A stretch of 32,000 bases of DNA from Phycisphaera mikurensis NBRC 102666 (GCF_000284115.1 NC_017080.1:750001-782000); one strand, 5' to 3'. Counted from the first letter of the stretch, positions 1-10,016 are shown. A program made the numbers and translations. The notes: generated by a model not told the origin, from the letters alone.

Positions 1-136
1 CGGCGACCCGCTGGCACAGGGCGATCACGCAGAAGCCGATGGCGAATCCGATCGCGAAGTCCAGCGGGTGCCCCGAGCCGACCAGGCCCGCGTAGAGCAC
101 CGCGAGGAACACGTTGAGCATGAACGTCCGCAGCAT
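1..136 (-). CDS. mrpE: Mrp/Mnh Na+/H+ antiporter subunit E, N-terminal fragment (continues beyond the window start)
   Basis: The minus-strand ATG at 136 overlaps the mrpD stop by 1 nt (TGATG). My translation is MLRTFMLNVFLAVLYAGLVGSGHPLDFAIGFAIGFCVIALCQRVA, a hydrophobic MnhE-like N-terminus. Its operon position after mrpD fits. Too short to appear in the ORF track. Confidence 0.5.
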   Translation of the reverse strand, partial: MLRTFMLNVFLAVLYAGLVGSGHPLDFAIGFAIGFCVIALCQRVA

Positions 137-1899
137 CACTTCGTTCCTCCTGCGGAGGAACGAGGGGTCGTGCCCTCGCCGGTGTGGTGACTCCGCGGCG
201 GCGGAGCCGCCGCTGCGTGTGTGGCGTCTGCATGCTCACCGGCGTGAGCCGAGGCGGCGGGATCCGGTGAGGATCCGTGCTTCCCATACGCCTCGGCTGT
301 TGGTTTCCCGATCTTCGGCGGCGGGACGGGGGCGACGTCGATGACGGCCGGATCGGCGGGCAGCACGGCCCGCACATAGGCGGTGGGTTCGGCGAGGCCG
401 GCGCCGGCCCTCTTCGCCAGGGCGAGCGCGGGCTCGGGGGCCAGGCTCATCCAGCCGGCGGCGACCAGCAGCAGCGCCACCGCGACGGCGCGGTGCCAGC
501 CGCAGCGGGCGGGTGCGGGCGGCACGGGACCGGCGGCGGCCTCCGCCGGCTCCTCCGCTTCCGGGAACACCCAGAACACGCCCGCCCAGGCCCGCAGCAC
601 CGCGAGCAGCGTGACGGCCCCGGTCAGGAGCGCGACCACGCCGAGCACCGGGTGCCCGGTCCCGAGCGCCTCCTGGACGATCAGCAGCTTCCCGTAGAAG
701 CCCGACAGCGGCGGCAGGCCCACCAGCGCGAGCAGGATTGCGAGCAGGCCGACGGCCAGCCAGGGGTGGCCGCGGTGCAGGCCGCCGGGGACCCGCCCCC
801 CCCGGAACCGGTCGGTGCCGGCCGCGGCCTCGAGCCGCCCGCAAAGGAGGAAGGCCACCGACACCACCAGCATCGACTGGACGCAGTAGAAGACCGTCCC
901 GGCGAGCGCATCGGCGCTGCCGACCGCGATGCCGGCCAGCGCGAAGCCCACGCCGGTGAGGATCATCATGCACAGCACCATCCGCATCCGCGGGTAGGCC
1001 ACCGCCATCAGCGCCGGCACGAGCATCGTGGCGCCGGCGGTCAGCCCCAGCAGCGGGCCGATCGCGTCGGCGGCGTGGTTCGCCCCGAAGACCGCGGGGA
1101 ACAGCCGCGCCAGCGCGTAGACGCCGACCTTGGTCAGCACGCCGCCGAAGACCGCGAGCGTGGGCGTCGGCAGCGACGGGTAGACGTCGGGCAGCCAGAA
1201 CCACAGCGGGAAGGCACCGGCTTTGAGCGCGAAGACGATCAGCAGCGTGACCGACACCGCCGCGAAGCCCGCCGGCGGCTCGAAGCCCGGCTCCAGGAAG
1301 GTCCGGCACAGGTCCGCCACGTTCAGCGTGCCGAACATTCCGTACACCAGCCCCGCGCCGGTGACGAACAGCGTCGAGGCCAGCAGGTTCAGGAGCACGT
1401 ACTTGTACGCCTGGGCCAGCTGGACTCGCCCGCCGCCGAGGACGACCAGCCCGTAGCTGGCCATCAGCATCACCTCGAAGGCGACGAAGAGGTTGAAGAG
1501 GTCGCCGGTCAGGAACGAGAGGTTCACGCCCGCGACCAGGAAGGCGAACAGCGGGTGGAAGTACCGGCGTTGCAGCGTCTCGGGCAGCGCGGCCACCGCG
1601 TAGAGGTGCCCGCAGAACGCGACCAGCGCGGTGGACGCGAGCAGCATCGAGCTCGTCGCGTCGGCCACGAGGCTGATGCCCAGGGGCGCGGCCCAGCCGC
1701 CCATCTGGCTGGAGAGCACGGCGCTGACCGCATCCGGAGCGCTCGCCACCGCGTTCAGCAGCCACAGGCACAGCCCGAGATTCGCGACGAGCCCGACCGA
1801 GATCACGCGGCCGCACGCGCGTACGCGGGGCACCAGCGGCAGGCTGGCGATCCCCAGCAGCACCGGGAGCAGGACGGGGAGGACGACCCAGCGGTTCAC
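136..1899 (-). CDS. mrpD: Mrp/Mnh antiporter subunit D (NuoN/NuoM-like proton-translocating subunit)
   Basis: 587-aa polytopic membrane ORF with the NADH-quinone oxidoreductase chain M/N-like core (GAFPLWFWLPDVYPS...). The GTG start at 1899 overlaps the mrpC stop (GTGA). Operon context supports the call. Confidence 0.85.
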   Translation of the reverse strand: MNRWVVLPVLLPVLLGIASLPLVPRVRACGRVISVGLVANLGLCLWLLNAVASAPDAVSAVLSSQMGGWAAPLGISLVADATSSMLLASTALVAFCGHLYAVAALPETLQRRYFHPLFAFLVAGVNLSFLTGDLFNLFVAFEVMLMASYGLVVLGGGRVQLAQAYKYVLLNLLASTLFVTGAGLVYGMFGTLNVADLCRTFLEPGFEPPAGFAAVSVTLLIVFALKAGAFPLWFWLPDVYPSLPTPTLAVFGGVLTKVGVYALARLFPAVFGANHAADAIGPLLGLTAGATMLVPALMAVAYPRMRMVLCMMILTGVGFALAGIAVGSADALAGTVFYCVQSMLVVSVAFLLCGRLEAAAGTDRFRGGRVPGGLHRGHPWLAVGLLAILLALVGLPPLSGFYGKLLIVQEALGTGHPVLGVVALLTGAVTLLAVLRAWAGVFWVFPEAEEPAEAAAGPVPPAPARCGWHRAVAVALLLVAAGWMSLAPEPALALAKRAGAGLAEPTAYVRAVLPADPAVIDVAPVPPPKIGKPTAEAYGKHGSSPDPAASAHAGEHADATHAAAAPPPRSHHTGEGTTPRSSAGGTK

Positions 1900-2426
1900 G
1901 TTCCACCTCCGGTGGAGGGTGAGGTCCGGCCGATGGAGGCCGCTGCCGGCCTCGCTTCGTCGACGGGCGTGGCCGCAAGGCCTCCGTCGAGCCCCGGCCC
2001 GTCCGGGTCGCCGGCGGCGCCGGTCTTGATCGCGGCCAGCTCGGCGACGCTCATGCTCCCCGCCGCCCGGCTGGTCACCACCAGCAGGGTGAGCGTGAGG
2101 CCCATGACGGCGAAGCCGATCACGATGGCGGTGAGGATGAGCGCCTGGGGCAGCGGGTCGACCATCACGTCCAGCGCGGCGGAGACCTCGCCGGACCGCA
2201 GCTGCGCGTCAAAGGCGTAGCTGCTCACCGGCGGCCGCTTGATGGAATAGCCCTCGCCGCCCTCGCCGGGGAGGACCGCCGAACCGGAGACCGCGAGGAT
2301 CGCCAGGTTCGCGGCGTGCGACAGCAGGAAGACGCCCATGGCCACGCCCTTCATCTCCCGGGAGAGCAGGAGGTAGACCGACACCCCGAAGCAGGCGGCG
2401 ACGCAGCAGGCGAGGACGAAGATCAA
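1896..2426 (-). CDS. mrpC: Mrp/Mnh antiporter subunit C (NuoK-like) with a low-complexity C-terminal tail
   Basis: Only the C-terminal 176 codons of the 347-aa track ORF look real ([41 protein letters not shown]...[18 protein letters not shown]). The TTG start at 2426 overlaps the mrpB TGA (TTGA). The upstream part of the track ORF is an Arg/Gly-rich shadow. Confidence 0.75.
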   Translation of the reverse strand: MIFVLACCVAACFGVSVYLLLSREMKGVAMGVFLLSHAANLAILAVSGSAVLPGEGGEGYSIKRPPVSSYAFDAQLRSGEVSAALDVMVDPLPQALILTAIVIGFAVMGLTLTLLVVTSRAAGSMSVAELAAIKTGAAGDPDGPGLDGGLAATPVDEARPAAASIGRTSPSTGGGT

Positions 2427-2926
2427 GCTTCCTCCCTCCCGAGCGGCGGAGCGGTCGCAGGCGCGGGCTCCACGCCGGTGGCGCCGGCGATCGGCTCCTC
2501 GCCGTCCTCGATCTGCTCGCCGAGCCGCTGGATCAGCCCGGTCGACGCCCCGATCACCACCAGCACCACGCCGGTGTCGAAGAAGAACACGCTCACGAAG
2601 TGGATGCTCTGGCCCCAGACGATCGGGAACGCGTCGATGACGGTCGAGGTGAGCATCGGGTTGCCCCACAGAAGCGGCAGCGCCCCGGTGACCGCCGCGA
2701 GCAGCAGCCCCGCGGCAATCAGCGTCCGCGGGTGCACCGGGATCAGCCGGAGGAGGGCCTCCCGCCCGCACGCCATCGCGTACACGATCAGCGCCACCGC
2801 CGCCGTGAGCCCGCCGATGAACCCGCCGCCGGGCGCGTTGTGCCCCTTGAGCATCATGTACGCGGCGAAGACCAGCGACAGCGGGAGGATCAGCCGCGCG
2901 GCGGTCTGGAAGAGAAGGGAACTCAT
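2423..2926 (-). CDS. mrpB: Mrp/Mnh antiporter subunit B
   Basis: Internal ATG at 2926 of track ORF 2423..3253. The sequence [40 protein letters not shown] is a typical MnhB start. The upstream part of the ORF is non-membrane-like. Confidence 0.8.
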   Translation of the reverse strand: MSSLLFQTAARLILPLSLVFAAYMMLKGHNAPGGGFIGGLTAAVALIVYAMACGREALLRLIPVHPRTLIAAGLLLAAVTGALPLLWGNPMLTSTVIDAFPIVWGQSIHFVSVFFFDTGVVLVVIGASTGLIQRLGEQIEDGEEPIAGATGVEPAPATAPPLGREEA

Positions 2927-3242
2927 CGGGGCGCTCCAATCGTCCGGGCAGCGAACCGCTTGGCCGCAGAGGACTGGCACGGGCACAGAGGCACGAAGAA
3001 CGGCATCCAGGTCGAGCGAAGGAGCATCAGGCCGACGCGATCTTCGCACGCTCTGCCAACGCCGCGGAGGTGCGAAGCATCCGCGGACCGTGGTCGCCAT
3101 CGACCGATCAAGCTCGCGGTCCGCGGATTTGCGGCAACGCGGAGGCCCCTGCTCCCCGTCTCGGCTCTGTGCCTCTGTGCCTTCGCGCCCTCCGTGATGA
3201 AGCGGAGCGCCTGCTCGCAAGTCGCTGGAACTCGAAGAAGAC

Positions 3243-5780
3243 TCACGCGTCACCTCCCGCCGGGGCGTCGCTCTTTCCGGTCTTCTTCTTCGCGAGCATG
3301 GCCCACACGCACAGGGCGGCGAGGCCGAGCACCGAGATCTCGCCGAGGGTGTCGAAGCCCCGGAAGTCCACGAGGATGACGTTGACGATGTTCCAGCCGC
3401 CGCCGCCGCGGCCCAGCTCGCCGGTCACCGGGTCTTCCACGCCCTTGTAGGTCGCCCGCACGAAGGCCTCGCCCAGCCGCGTTGGGGGATCCGCCGTCGC
3501 GGCGAGCAGCGTTAGCCAGCCGAGCGTGAGGCCCACCGCCGCCGAGAGCACCGGCCGCCAGGGGCCCGGCTTGCCGCAGGGCTTCGCGTCCGCGGGCAGC
3601 AGCCGCAGCGCCAGCACGAACAGCAGCACGGAGATGATCTCGAAGAACAGCTGCGTGAGGGCCAGGTCGGGCGCCTCGAAGAGCACGTACATCGCGACCA
3701 CCGCGAAGCCGCAGGCGCCCAGGAGCAGCACCCGGACGACGCGCTCCCGGGCGACCGGCAGCAGGAAGGCGGTGAGGCAGATCATGCCGCCCAGGAACAC
3801 GACCGGCCACGACTCCCCCGCGTCGGCGAGAGCCGCCAGCACCGCTTCGCTCATCGACCGGTCGCGTGCGTACGCCAGAGCGAATCCCGCGACGAGCACG
3901 GTGAGCACCACCGAGACGTAGTGACGGATCGAGCCGGTCTGGAGGTGTCGCTGCGCGAGGCCACCGAGTCCTTCCAGGCTTCCAGAGGCGAGGGGGAAGA
4001 TCCTCGTGTGAGCGTCGGGGTTCGCCCCGCGTAGGAGCGGCGACAGCCCCAGCGCAACGCCGGCCGCGATCGCCACCGCCGAGAGCAGGAGCTCGACGGA
4101 GAGGTGCGGGATCCACGGCACCTCGCCGTGGAAGCCGGGGTAGTGGATGTTGGTCTCGAAGGGCAGGAACAGGGCGTTCCACAGCGGCGTCGCCGTGCCG
4201 CCAACGAACTGCAACGCCACCAGCGGCACCGCCGGCAGCCAGATCATCGCCCCCCAGAGCCCGCCCTCGGCCGCGTGGTGATGCCCGTGGTCCTCGTGCC
4301 CGTGGCGGCCGTGCGTCGGCTTCATCCCGAAGCGCTCGCTCCCGAGCAGCGTCGTGGCCAGCCGCACGAAGATCGCCACGTTGCACATCGCCGTGAGCAG
4401 CGTGGCGACGAGCACGACGTACACCAGCGGGTGCTCCTTCGCCGCATGGACCACCGCGTAGAGGAAGATCTCCTTCGCCTGGAAGCTGATCGACAGCGGC
4501 AGCGCGGCGAGGCACCAGCCCGCCGCCAGCAGCACGCCGCAGATCGCCTTGTGCTTGTGGAAGGCTCCGAACAAGTCGGGCAGCTGCCGGCTGGCGACGT
4601 GGCCGATCGCGCCCGCGCAGATGAACAGCGGGGCCTTGTAGAAGGCGTGGTTGGCGATCTGCGTGACGTCGAAGTCGATCGCCGGCAGCACCTTCTCGTA
4701 GCCGTCGCCGGCGTACGCGTACGTGAGCCCGCCGAGCCCGTACATCGTCATCAGCAGGCCGAGCTGGGAGATCGTCGTGTACGCGAAGACCTGCTTGAGG
4801 TCGTGCTTGCACACCGCCATCACCCCGCCGAGGAGCATCGTGACGGTGCCGAAAGGGATGATCACCCCGGCCCAGCTGCTGATCGACACGCCATCGGTCG
4901 CGTCGCCGAAGGCCGGGAACAGCCGGCCCACGAGGAAGACGCCGGCCTTGACCATCGTCGCCGAGTGCAGGAAGGCGGACACCGGCGTCGGCGCCGCCAT
5001 CGCTCCCGGCAGCCAGTAGTGCAGCGGCCACTGGGCCGACTTCGCCGCCGCTCCGACGAACATGAACACGAAGCCGAGCACCACCCCCGTGCTGCCGAAG
5101 TCGACGTCGGCTCCGGCCAGCTCGCTCCAGCGCCACACGCCGGTGGTCGCTCCGAAGACTGCGATGCCGCCGAGCAGGAACATCCCGCCCAGCCCGGTCG
5201 TGAAGAAGGCTTGCACCGCCAGCTTGATCGCGTTGCGATCGTGCCGGTCCCAGCCGATCAGCAGGAACGAGCTGACCGAGGTGAGCTCCCAGAACACCAG
5301 CGTCAGCAGCGTGGAGTCCGCCAGAACCACCCCGAGCATCGCCGTGGTGAAGAAGCCCAGCGTCGCGTAGAAGCGGCGGAGGTCCAGCCGGGCCTGCTCG
5401 TCCGCCGCCCCGAAGTAGCCCCGGGCATAGAGCACGATCAGCACGCCGATGCCCGAGACCAGCAGCCCGAAGAACCCGCCGAGGCCGTTGGGCCACCACG
5501 AGAGGTTCAGGTTGAGGGATGGGATCCAAGGGACCGACGGCGGGGGTGCGGCGGAGACTGCCGGGGGTGTGGCGTAGGTCGCGTGCCCCGCGGCCGCTGC
5601 GCCCGCCGCGTCTGCGGCGGGCAGCGAGAGGTTCGACGCGATCAGCACGAAAGCCAGCAGCGGCCCGAGCATCGCCAGCAGCACCCGCGGCTTCACCGAC
5701 CGGCTCGGCAGCAGCAGCGACGCGAGCCCCGTCCCCAGCGGGAGCAGCACAGCCAGCAACAGGATCCAGACGACGCTCAT
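3243..5780 (-). CDS. mrpA: Mrp/Mnh antiporter subunit A (NuoL-like, with C-terminal MnhB-like domain)
   Basis: 845-aa polytopic ORF with an NuoL/MnhA-like core ([48 protein letters not shown]). The C-terminus ([13 protein letters not shown]) is typical of the MnhB domain fused in MrpA. Confidence 0.9.
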   Translation of the reverse strand: MSVVWILLLAVLLPLGTGLASLLLPSRSVKPRVLLAMLGPLLAFVLIASNLSLPAADAAGAAAAGHATYATPPAVSAAPPPSVPWIPSLNLNLSWWPNGLGGFFGLLVSGIGVLIVLYARGYFGAADEQARLDLRRFYATLGFFTTAMLGVVLADSTLLTLVFWELTSVSSFLLIGWDRHDRNAIKLAVQAFFTTGLGGMFLLGGIAVFGATTGVWRWSELAGADVDFGSTGVVLGFVFMFVGAAAKSAQWPLHYWLPGAMAAPTPVSAFLHSATMVKAGVFLVGRLFPAFGDATDGVSISSWAGVIIPFGTVTMLLGGVMAVCKHDLKQVFAYTTISQLGLLMTMYGLGGLTYAYAGDGYEKVLPAIDFDVTQIANHAFYKAPLFICAGAIGHVASRQLPDLFGAFHKHKAICGVLLAAGWCLAALPLSISFQAKEIFLYAVVHAAKEHPLVYVVLVATLLTAMCNVAIFVRLATTLLGSERFGMKPTHGRHGHEDHGHHHAAEGGLWGAMIWLPAVPLVALQFVGGTATPLWNALFLPFETNIHYPGFHGEVPWIPHLSVELLLSAVAIAAGVALGLSPLLRGANPDAHTRIFPLASGSLEGLGGLAQRHLQTGSIRHYVSVVLTVLVAGFALAYARDRSMSEAVLAALADAGESWPVVFLGGMICLTAFLLPVARERVVRVLLLGACGFAVVAMYVLFEAPDLALTQLFFEIISVLLFVLALRLLPADAKPCGKPGPWRPVLSAAVGLTLGWLTLLAATADPPTRLGEAFVRATYKGVEDPVTGELGRGGGGWNIVNVILVDFRGFDTLGEISVLGLAALCVWAMLAKKKTGKSDAPAGGDA

Positions 5781-6022
5781 CGAGCCGGGTCAGCGGTGAA
5801 GTCGGACGCGGCGGCAACCGTGCCACCCGCGCGAGCCACCGACCCTATCGGATCCGCGGACTACAGCCCCATCGGCCGCAAGGAGCCAACCATCCGCGGC
5901 CCGCGCCCGTGTCCGAGAACCAGCCGCCACACCCGCACCCCACCTCCTCCTCCACAACCTCACTCTTCTTCAAGGGGACGCGTCCCTTGACAGGAGGCGG
6001 GGGTGGGGTAGGGTTGTGGGAG

Positions 6023-7186
6023 ATGGCACGTCGCACGCGATCTTGTTTGTTGCCGCTGGGGGCTCCGCGGTTCTTGGTGCATTGTGTGGCGCGGTGCACG
6101 AGGCAGTTGCACATGCTTGCGGATGCCGGGGGTGGGGCGGCATCCGGTGGAGCGGCTGGCTGCTGCGAGCCGGCGGGCCTGCGGAAGGAGATCCTGCTGG
6201 CCCGGCTCGAGGAGCTGGTGGGGGTGATGGCGGTGGAGGTCATCGCCTTCGCGGTCATGGACAACCACGTCCACCTGGTGCTGCGGGTGAGCCGGGCGGA
6301 GGCGCAGCGTTGGAGCGACGAGCAGGTGCTGCAACGCTGGTGGCGGCTTCACCCGCTGCGTGACGGGTACAACCGTCCGCGGGAGGCGGCGGAGGAGGAG
6401 GTGGCTTCGGCGCTGGCGGATGCGGCGTTCCTGGCCGGCTGCCGGGAGAAGCTGGCGAGCCTCTCGAAGTTCATGCAGTGCTTCTCCCAGCACGCGGCCG
6501 AGCGGATCAACAAGCTGGAGGAAACCGGCGGGCCGGTGTGGGCGGGACGCTTCAAGAGCGTGCTGGTGAAGGACCTGGAGCAGCTGGTGGCGACGATGGT
6601 GTACGTCGACCTGAACCCCTTCGCGGCGGGCGTGTGCGAGACGCCCGAAGACGGCCGCCACACCTCGCTGGCGGGGCGGCTGGGGCGGGACGAGCCGTGC
6701 GGTGCCGAAGCCGCGGACCCGGCGGACCCGGCCGCCACCCGCCGATCCGGCCGATCCGGCCGATCCGCGGACCGCGAGCCCGGTGAGGCCGCAACGCCCG
6801 ACGGTCCGCGGCCGCCGCGTCGGCGGCCCAGCGGCCGCTGGCTGCGTCCGCTCGACGAGTCGCTGGAGCGTCAGCGTCGCCGGGGCCACCGGCCGCTGGC
6901 GGACGGTGAAGCGGTGCGGGCCGCCTCGGTGGGCACGGTGGCGGCGGGGCTGTCGCTGCGGGCGTACCTGCGCGTGCTCGATGCGGTGGCGCGGAAGCTG
7001 CGCAAGGGCAAGCGGCGGCTGGCGGCGGGCACGGCCGGCGTCTTCGAGCGGCTGGGCCTCGAAGCCGACGCGGTGGCGGGCCGCGTGCTGGCGCTGGCGC
7101 AGCGGGACGGGCTGCTCGGGACGCAGCCCGTCGCGGCCGGACCGCTGCGGCGACCTCGCCGCCTGGGCCAGGTCGCGGCTTCATGA
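6023..7186 (+). mobile_element. IS200/IS605-type Y1 (HUH) transposase homolog, REP-associated tyrosine transposase (RAYT)-like, with a long Arg/Pro-rich C-terminal extension
   Basis: ATG at 6023 inside track ORF 5519..7186; the upstream part overlaps mrpA and is a shadow. HUH motif in AFAVMDNHVHLVLRV and catalytic-Tyr motif in MVYVDLNPFAAGV. No inverted terminal repeats or second IS gene are visible. Confidence 0.7.
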
Positions 7187-7292
7187 CCGGGCGCCCGGGA
7201 AATGCGAAGAGACGCCCCGCGCCTCTGAAGCCTGATCCATGAAGGCGCAAGCGGGTCGCTCCGCGATGAGCGGATCGCGGCCCCGGAGCATC

Positions 7293-7721
7293 TCACGCCG
7301 CCGACATCCGCTGCTGCACGATCTCCACGCCGACGAGGAAACCCCCGTCACTCTCGCGGCACTGACGCACCGTGCCGAAGCGGTCCACGCCCGGCTCACC
7401 GCCCTGGCCGGGGATGAACATCGACAGCCGGGAGCCCACGGGGATCGGCGTCGGCGACCAAGCGCCCACGCCGCCCTCGCTCGCGTCCACCAGCTCCAGC
7501 GAGCCGATCTGGCCGAGGCTGCGCGAGGCGTTCATGTGATCGTCCTCGCCGTCCCCGTAGCGGACGAAGGTGACGCGGCCGGCGGTCTGCCAGCGGGCCT
7601 GCAGCCGGCGCTCGAACTTGAAGGGGCCCACGTCCTCGGCGGGCTTGTCGGTGACCAGTCGCAGGGCGGGCGCGGCGTCCGCGTTCGGCTGGGTGTTCTC
7701 GAGGGGGAGGTCCTGCTGCAT
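7293..7721 (-). CDS. PilZ-domain protein (putative c-di-GMP receptor)
   Basis: 142-aa product starting at ATG 7721 (MQQDLPLEN...) within track ORF 7293..8339. It has an RxxxR motif (FERRLQAR) and a DxSxxG motif (DASEGG). Confidence 0.6.
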   Translation of the reverse strand: MQQDLPLENTQPNADAAPALRLVTDKPAEDVGPFKFERRLQARWQTAGRVTFVRYGDGEDDHMNASRSLGQIGSLELVDASEGGVGAWSPTPIPVGSRLSMFIPGQGGEPGVDRFGTVRQCRESDGGFLVGVEIVQQRMSAA

Positions 7722-7815
7722 AAGATGCCCGGGTTGAAGCGTGCTGCCCGCCGCCGAAACGTCTTCGGGGAACCGGGGCGGGGATGGCAAGCCCATCGGC
7801 GGATTTTCGAACCGG

Positions 7816-9468
7816 ATGAAGCCGCTCCGCCCGCCTGTGCCAACGATGCCGATCGCAACGCCCACGGACGCCGCCGAGACCGTTCCATCGATCGGTCGGG
7901 TGTGCCTCGTCGGCGCCGGCCCGGGTGATCCGGGTCTGCTGACGGTCGCCGGGCTCGACCGCCTCCGCCGGGCCGACGTCGTCGTGTACGACGCGCTCGC
8001 AAGCCCGCGCCTGCTCGCCGAGGCGAAGCGGGGGGCCGACCTCGTGGACGTCGGCAAGCGGGCCCGCCACCACAAGATGCAGCAGGACGACATCAACGCC
8101 CTGCTCGTGGCCGAAGCGCGGGCGGGACGCTCGGTGGTCCGCCTCAAGGGCGGCGACCCGTACCTCTTCGGACGCGGCGCCGAGGAGGCGGCGGCCTGCG
8201 CCCGCGGGGGCGTCGCCTGCGAGGTGCTGCCCGGGGTGACCTCCGGGCTGGCGGCGCCCGCCACGGCCGGCATCCCGGTCACGCACCGCAGGGTCGCCTC
8301 GACGGTCACGCTGGTCACCGGCCACGAGGACCCGACCAAGGAGGGGACCTCGGTCGACTACCGCGGCCTCGCGCTGCTGATCGCCCGGGGCGGGACGGCG
8401 TGCTTCTACATGGGCGTCGGCCGGCTGCCGCTCATCGCGCAGCAGCTCGCGGCGGAGGGCCTCGACACCGCGACGCCCGCGGCCGTCGTGCAGTGGGGCA
8501 CGACGCCGCGGCAGAGGCGCTGCGTCGCCCCGCTGGACGGGCTCGCCGCCGCCGCGGCGGCCGCGGGCGTGTCGTCGCCCGCCATCGTGGTGGTCGGCGA
8601 GGCCGCGGGCATCCAGGAGCCCGGGCTGGACTTCTTCACCGACCGCCCGCTCTTCGGCCAACGCGTGCTCGTGACGCGGACGCGGCAGGACCCCTCCCGC
8701 CTCGAGAATCTGCTGCTCGCCGCGGGCGCCGACCCGATCGAGGCGCCGACGCTGCGGCTGGTCGCGCCCGAGGATCCCGCCCCCGCCGACGCGGCCCTCC
8801 GCCGGCTCGGGCCCCCGCCCGCCGCGTCGGACCCGGCGGCACCACCGCGCTTCGACGCCCTCGTGCTGACCAGCGGCAACGCCGTCGACGCCCTGGCCGA
8901 TCGCCTCGACGCGTTGGGCCTCGACGGGCGGGTGCTCGCCGGCGTCGAGCTCTGCGTCGTCGGCCCCGCGACCGCCGCACGCCTGCACGAGCGGCTCCGC
9001 CTGCGGGCGGACCGGCTGCCCGAGACGCTCACCGGCGCGGGCGTCGCCGAGGCGTTCGCCGCCGCGGGCGCCGCCGCCGGACGCCGCTTCCTGCTGTACC
9101 GGGCCGACATCGCCCGCCCCGAGCTGCCCGAAGGTTTGGAGGCCGCCGGCGCGGCCGAGGTGTGCGAGGTCGTGGCGTACGAGAGCCGACCCGCGGCGTC
9201 GCTGCCGGAGGAGGCGATGGCGGCGCTGCGCGACCGAAGCGTCGACTGGCTGACCTTCACCAGCGCCGCCACCGCCCGGAACCTCGTCGACCTGCTCGGC
9301 GAGGAGCGGGCGCTGCTGGACGCCCCCCGCGTCGCCTCGATCGGCCCGATCACCAGCGAGGCCTGCCGCGGGCTTGGCCTCCGCGTCGCCGCTGAAGCCG
9401 AGGACCCCTCGCTGGAGTCGCTCACCGCGGCCATGGCGGCCGCGGGGCCGCGGGAGCCCAACGCTTGA
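7816..9468 (+). CDS. cobA: Bifunctional uroporphyrinogen-III C-methyltransferase / uroporphyrinogen-III synthase (CobA-HemD fusion)
   Basis: The N-terminal half has the tetrapyrrole methylase signature (VCLVGAGPGDPGLLTVAG, RLKGGDPYLFGRG, VLPGVTS). The C-terminal half is HemD-like (RVLVTRTR...LVLTSGNAV...SIGPITS). The start is uncertain: ATG 7816, ATG 7846 or GTG 7741. Confidence 0.85.
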   Translation: MKPLRPPVPTMPIATPTDAAETVPSIGRVCLVGAGPGDPGLLTVAGLDRLRRADVVVYDALASPRLLAEAKRGADLVDVGKRARHHKMQQDDINALLVAEARAGRSVVRLKGGDPYLFGRGAEEAAACARGGVACEVLPGVTSGLAAPATAGIPVTHRRVASTVTLVTGHEDPTKEGTSVDYRGLALLIARGGTACFYMGVGRLPLIAQQLAAEGLDTATPAAVVQWGTTPRQRRCVAPLDGLAAAAAAAGVSSPAIVVVGEAAGIQEPGLDFFTDRPLFGQRVLVTRTRQDPSRLENLLLAAGADPIEAPTLRLVAPEDPAPADAALRRLGPPPAASDPAAPPRFDALVLTSGNAVDALADRLDALGLDGRVLAGVELCVVGPATAARLHERLRLRADRLPETLTGAGVAEAFAAAGAAAGRRFLLYRADIARPELPEGLEAAGAAEVCEVVAYESRPAASLPEEAMAALRDRSVDWLTFTSAATARNLVDLLGEERALLDAPRVASIGPITSEACRGLGLRVAAEAEDPSLESLTAAMAAAGPREPNA

Positions 9469-10016
9469 GCGTTGCCCGCCTCCCCGGGGGCAGAACCGCC
9501 GTGCTGCTCATCGACCTGCAGGAGAAGCTGCTGCCCGTCGTCGACGGAGGCGACACCGTGCTGCGCCGCGTGGAGCGGCTCGCCCGCGGGGCGGCGGTCC
9601 TGGACGTGCCGCTGCTCGTCACCGAGCAGTACCCGCAGGGGCTCGGCCGCACCGTGTCCGCGCTCCGTCGCGAGCTGGCCGAGGACGTGCCGCGGCTGGA
9701 GAAGACCCGCTTCTCGGCCGGCGGCCCCAAGCTGCTCGCTCAGCTGCGCTCCTGGGACGCCGAGGCCGTGGTGCTCGCGGGCGTCGAGACCCACGTGTGC
9801 GTGCTCCAGACCGCCCTGGACCTGCTCGACGCGGGCTTCACCGTCGCCTGCTGCCGCGACGCGGTCGGCTCCCGCCGGGCCGGGGACGCCGCCGCGGGCA
9901 CCGCCCGCATGGAGGCGGCCGGCGTGCTGCCCGCGACGGTGGAGTCCGTGCTGATGGAGCTCTGCGGCGACGCCGCCACGCCGGGCTTCCGCCGGCTCCA
10001 CCCGGTGATCCGCTGA
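9465..10016 (+). CDS. Isochorismatase-family cysteine hydrolase
   Basis: 183 aa. TAVLLIDLQ, VTEQYP and LAGVETHVCVLQTALDL (catalytic Cys context) are typical of the family. The TTG start overlaps the cobA-hemD stop (TTGA). Confidence 0.75.
   Translation: MSVARLPGGRTAVLLIDLQEKLLPVVDGGDTVLRRVERLARGAAVLDVPLLVTEQYPQGLGRTVSALRRELAEDVPRLEKTRFSAGGPKLLAQLRSWDAEAVVLAGVETHVCVLQTALDLLDAGFTVACCRDAVGSRRAGDAAAGTARMEAAGVLPATVESVLMELCGDAATPGFRRLHPVIR

Noticed and set aside
236-2220. Long overlapping ORFs (236..1978 minus, 277..2220 plus, and many smaller ones) across the mrpD/mrpC region
   Set aside because: Arg/Pro/Gly/Ala-rich translations are typical of off-frame or antisense shadows in about 70% GC DNA. 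The membrane-protein frame (136..1899) explains the region. The same reasoning applies to 3250..5826, 4104..5990, 7396..8988, 8406..10478, 10758..13154, 11558..13225, 13081..14412, 14622..16154, 14761..16362, 16368..18224, 23278..24600, 26367..28232, 26411..28045, 28934..29860, 29594..31012 and 30086..31495.
2923-3246. 107-aa minus-strand ORF filling the mrpA-mrpB gap
   Set aside because: Arg-rich with no membrane or recognisable domain character. It overlaps the inverted-repeat structure, and codon usage looks poor. It is treated as non-coding structured sequence instead.
5519-6022. N-terminal extension of the transposase-homolog ORF back to 5519
   Set aside because: It overlaps mrpA on the opposite strand and is Arg/Pro/Ala shadow sequence. 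The conserved domain begins right after the ATG at 6023.
7261-7280. Hairpin CCGCGAT-GAGCGG-ATCGCGG between the convergent RAYT-like and PilZ genes, considered as a bidirectional terminator
   Set aside because: Plausible, but there is no U-tract on either strand and competing alternative pairings exist (CGCTC/GAGCG). Not reported as a feature.
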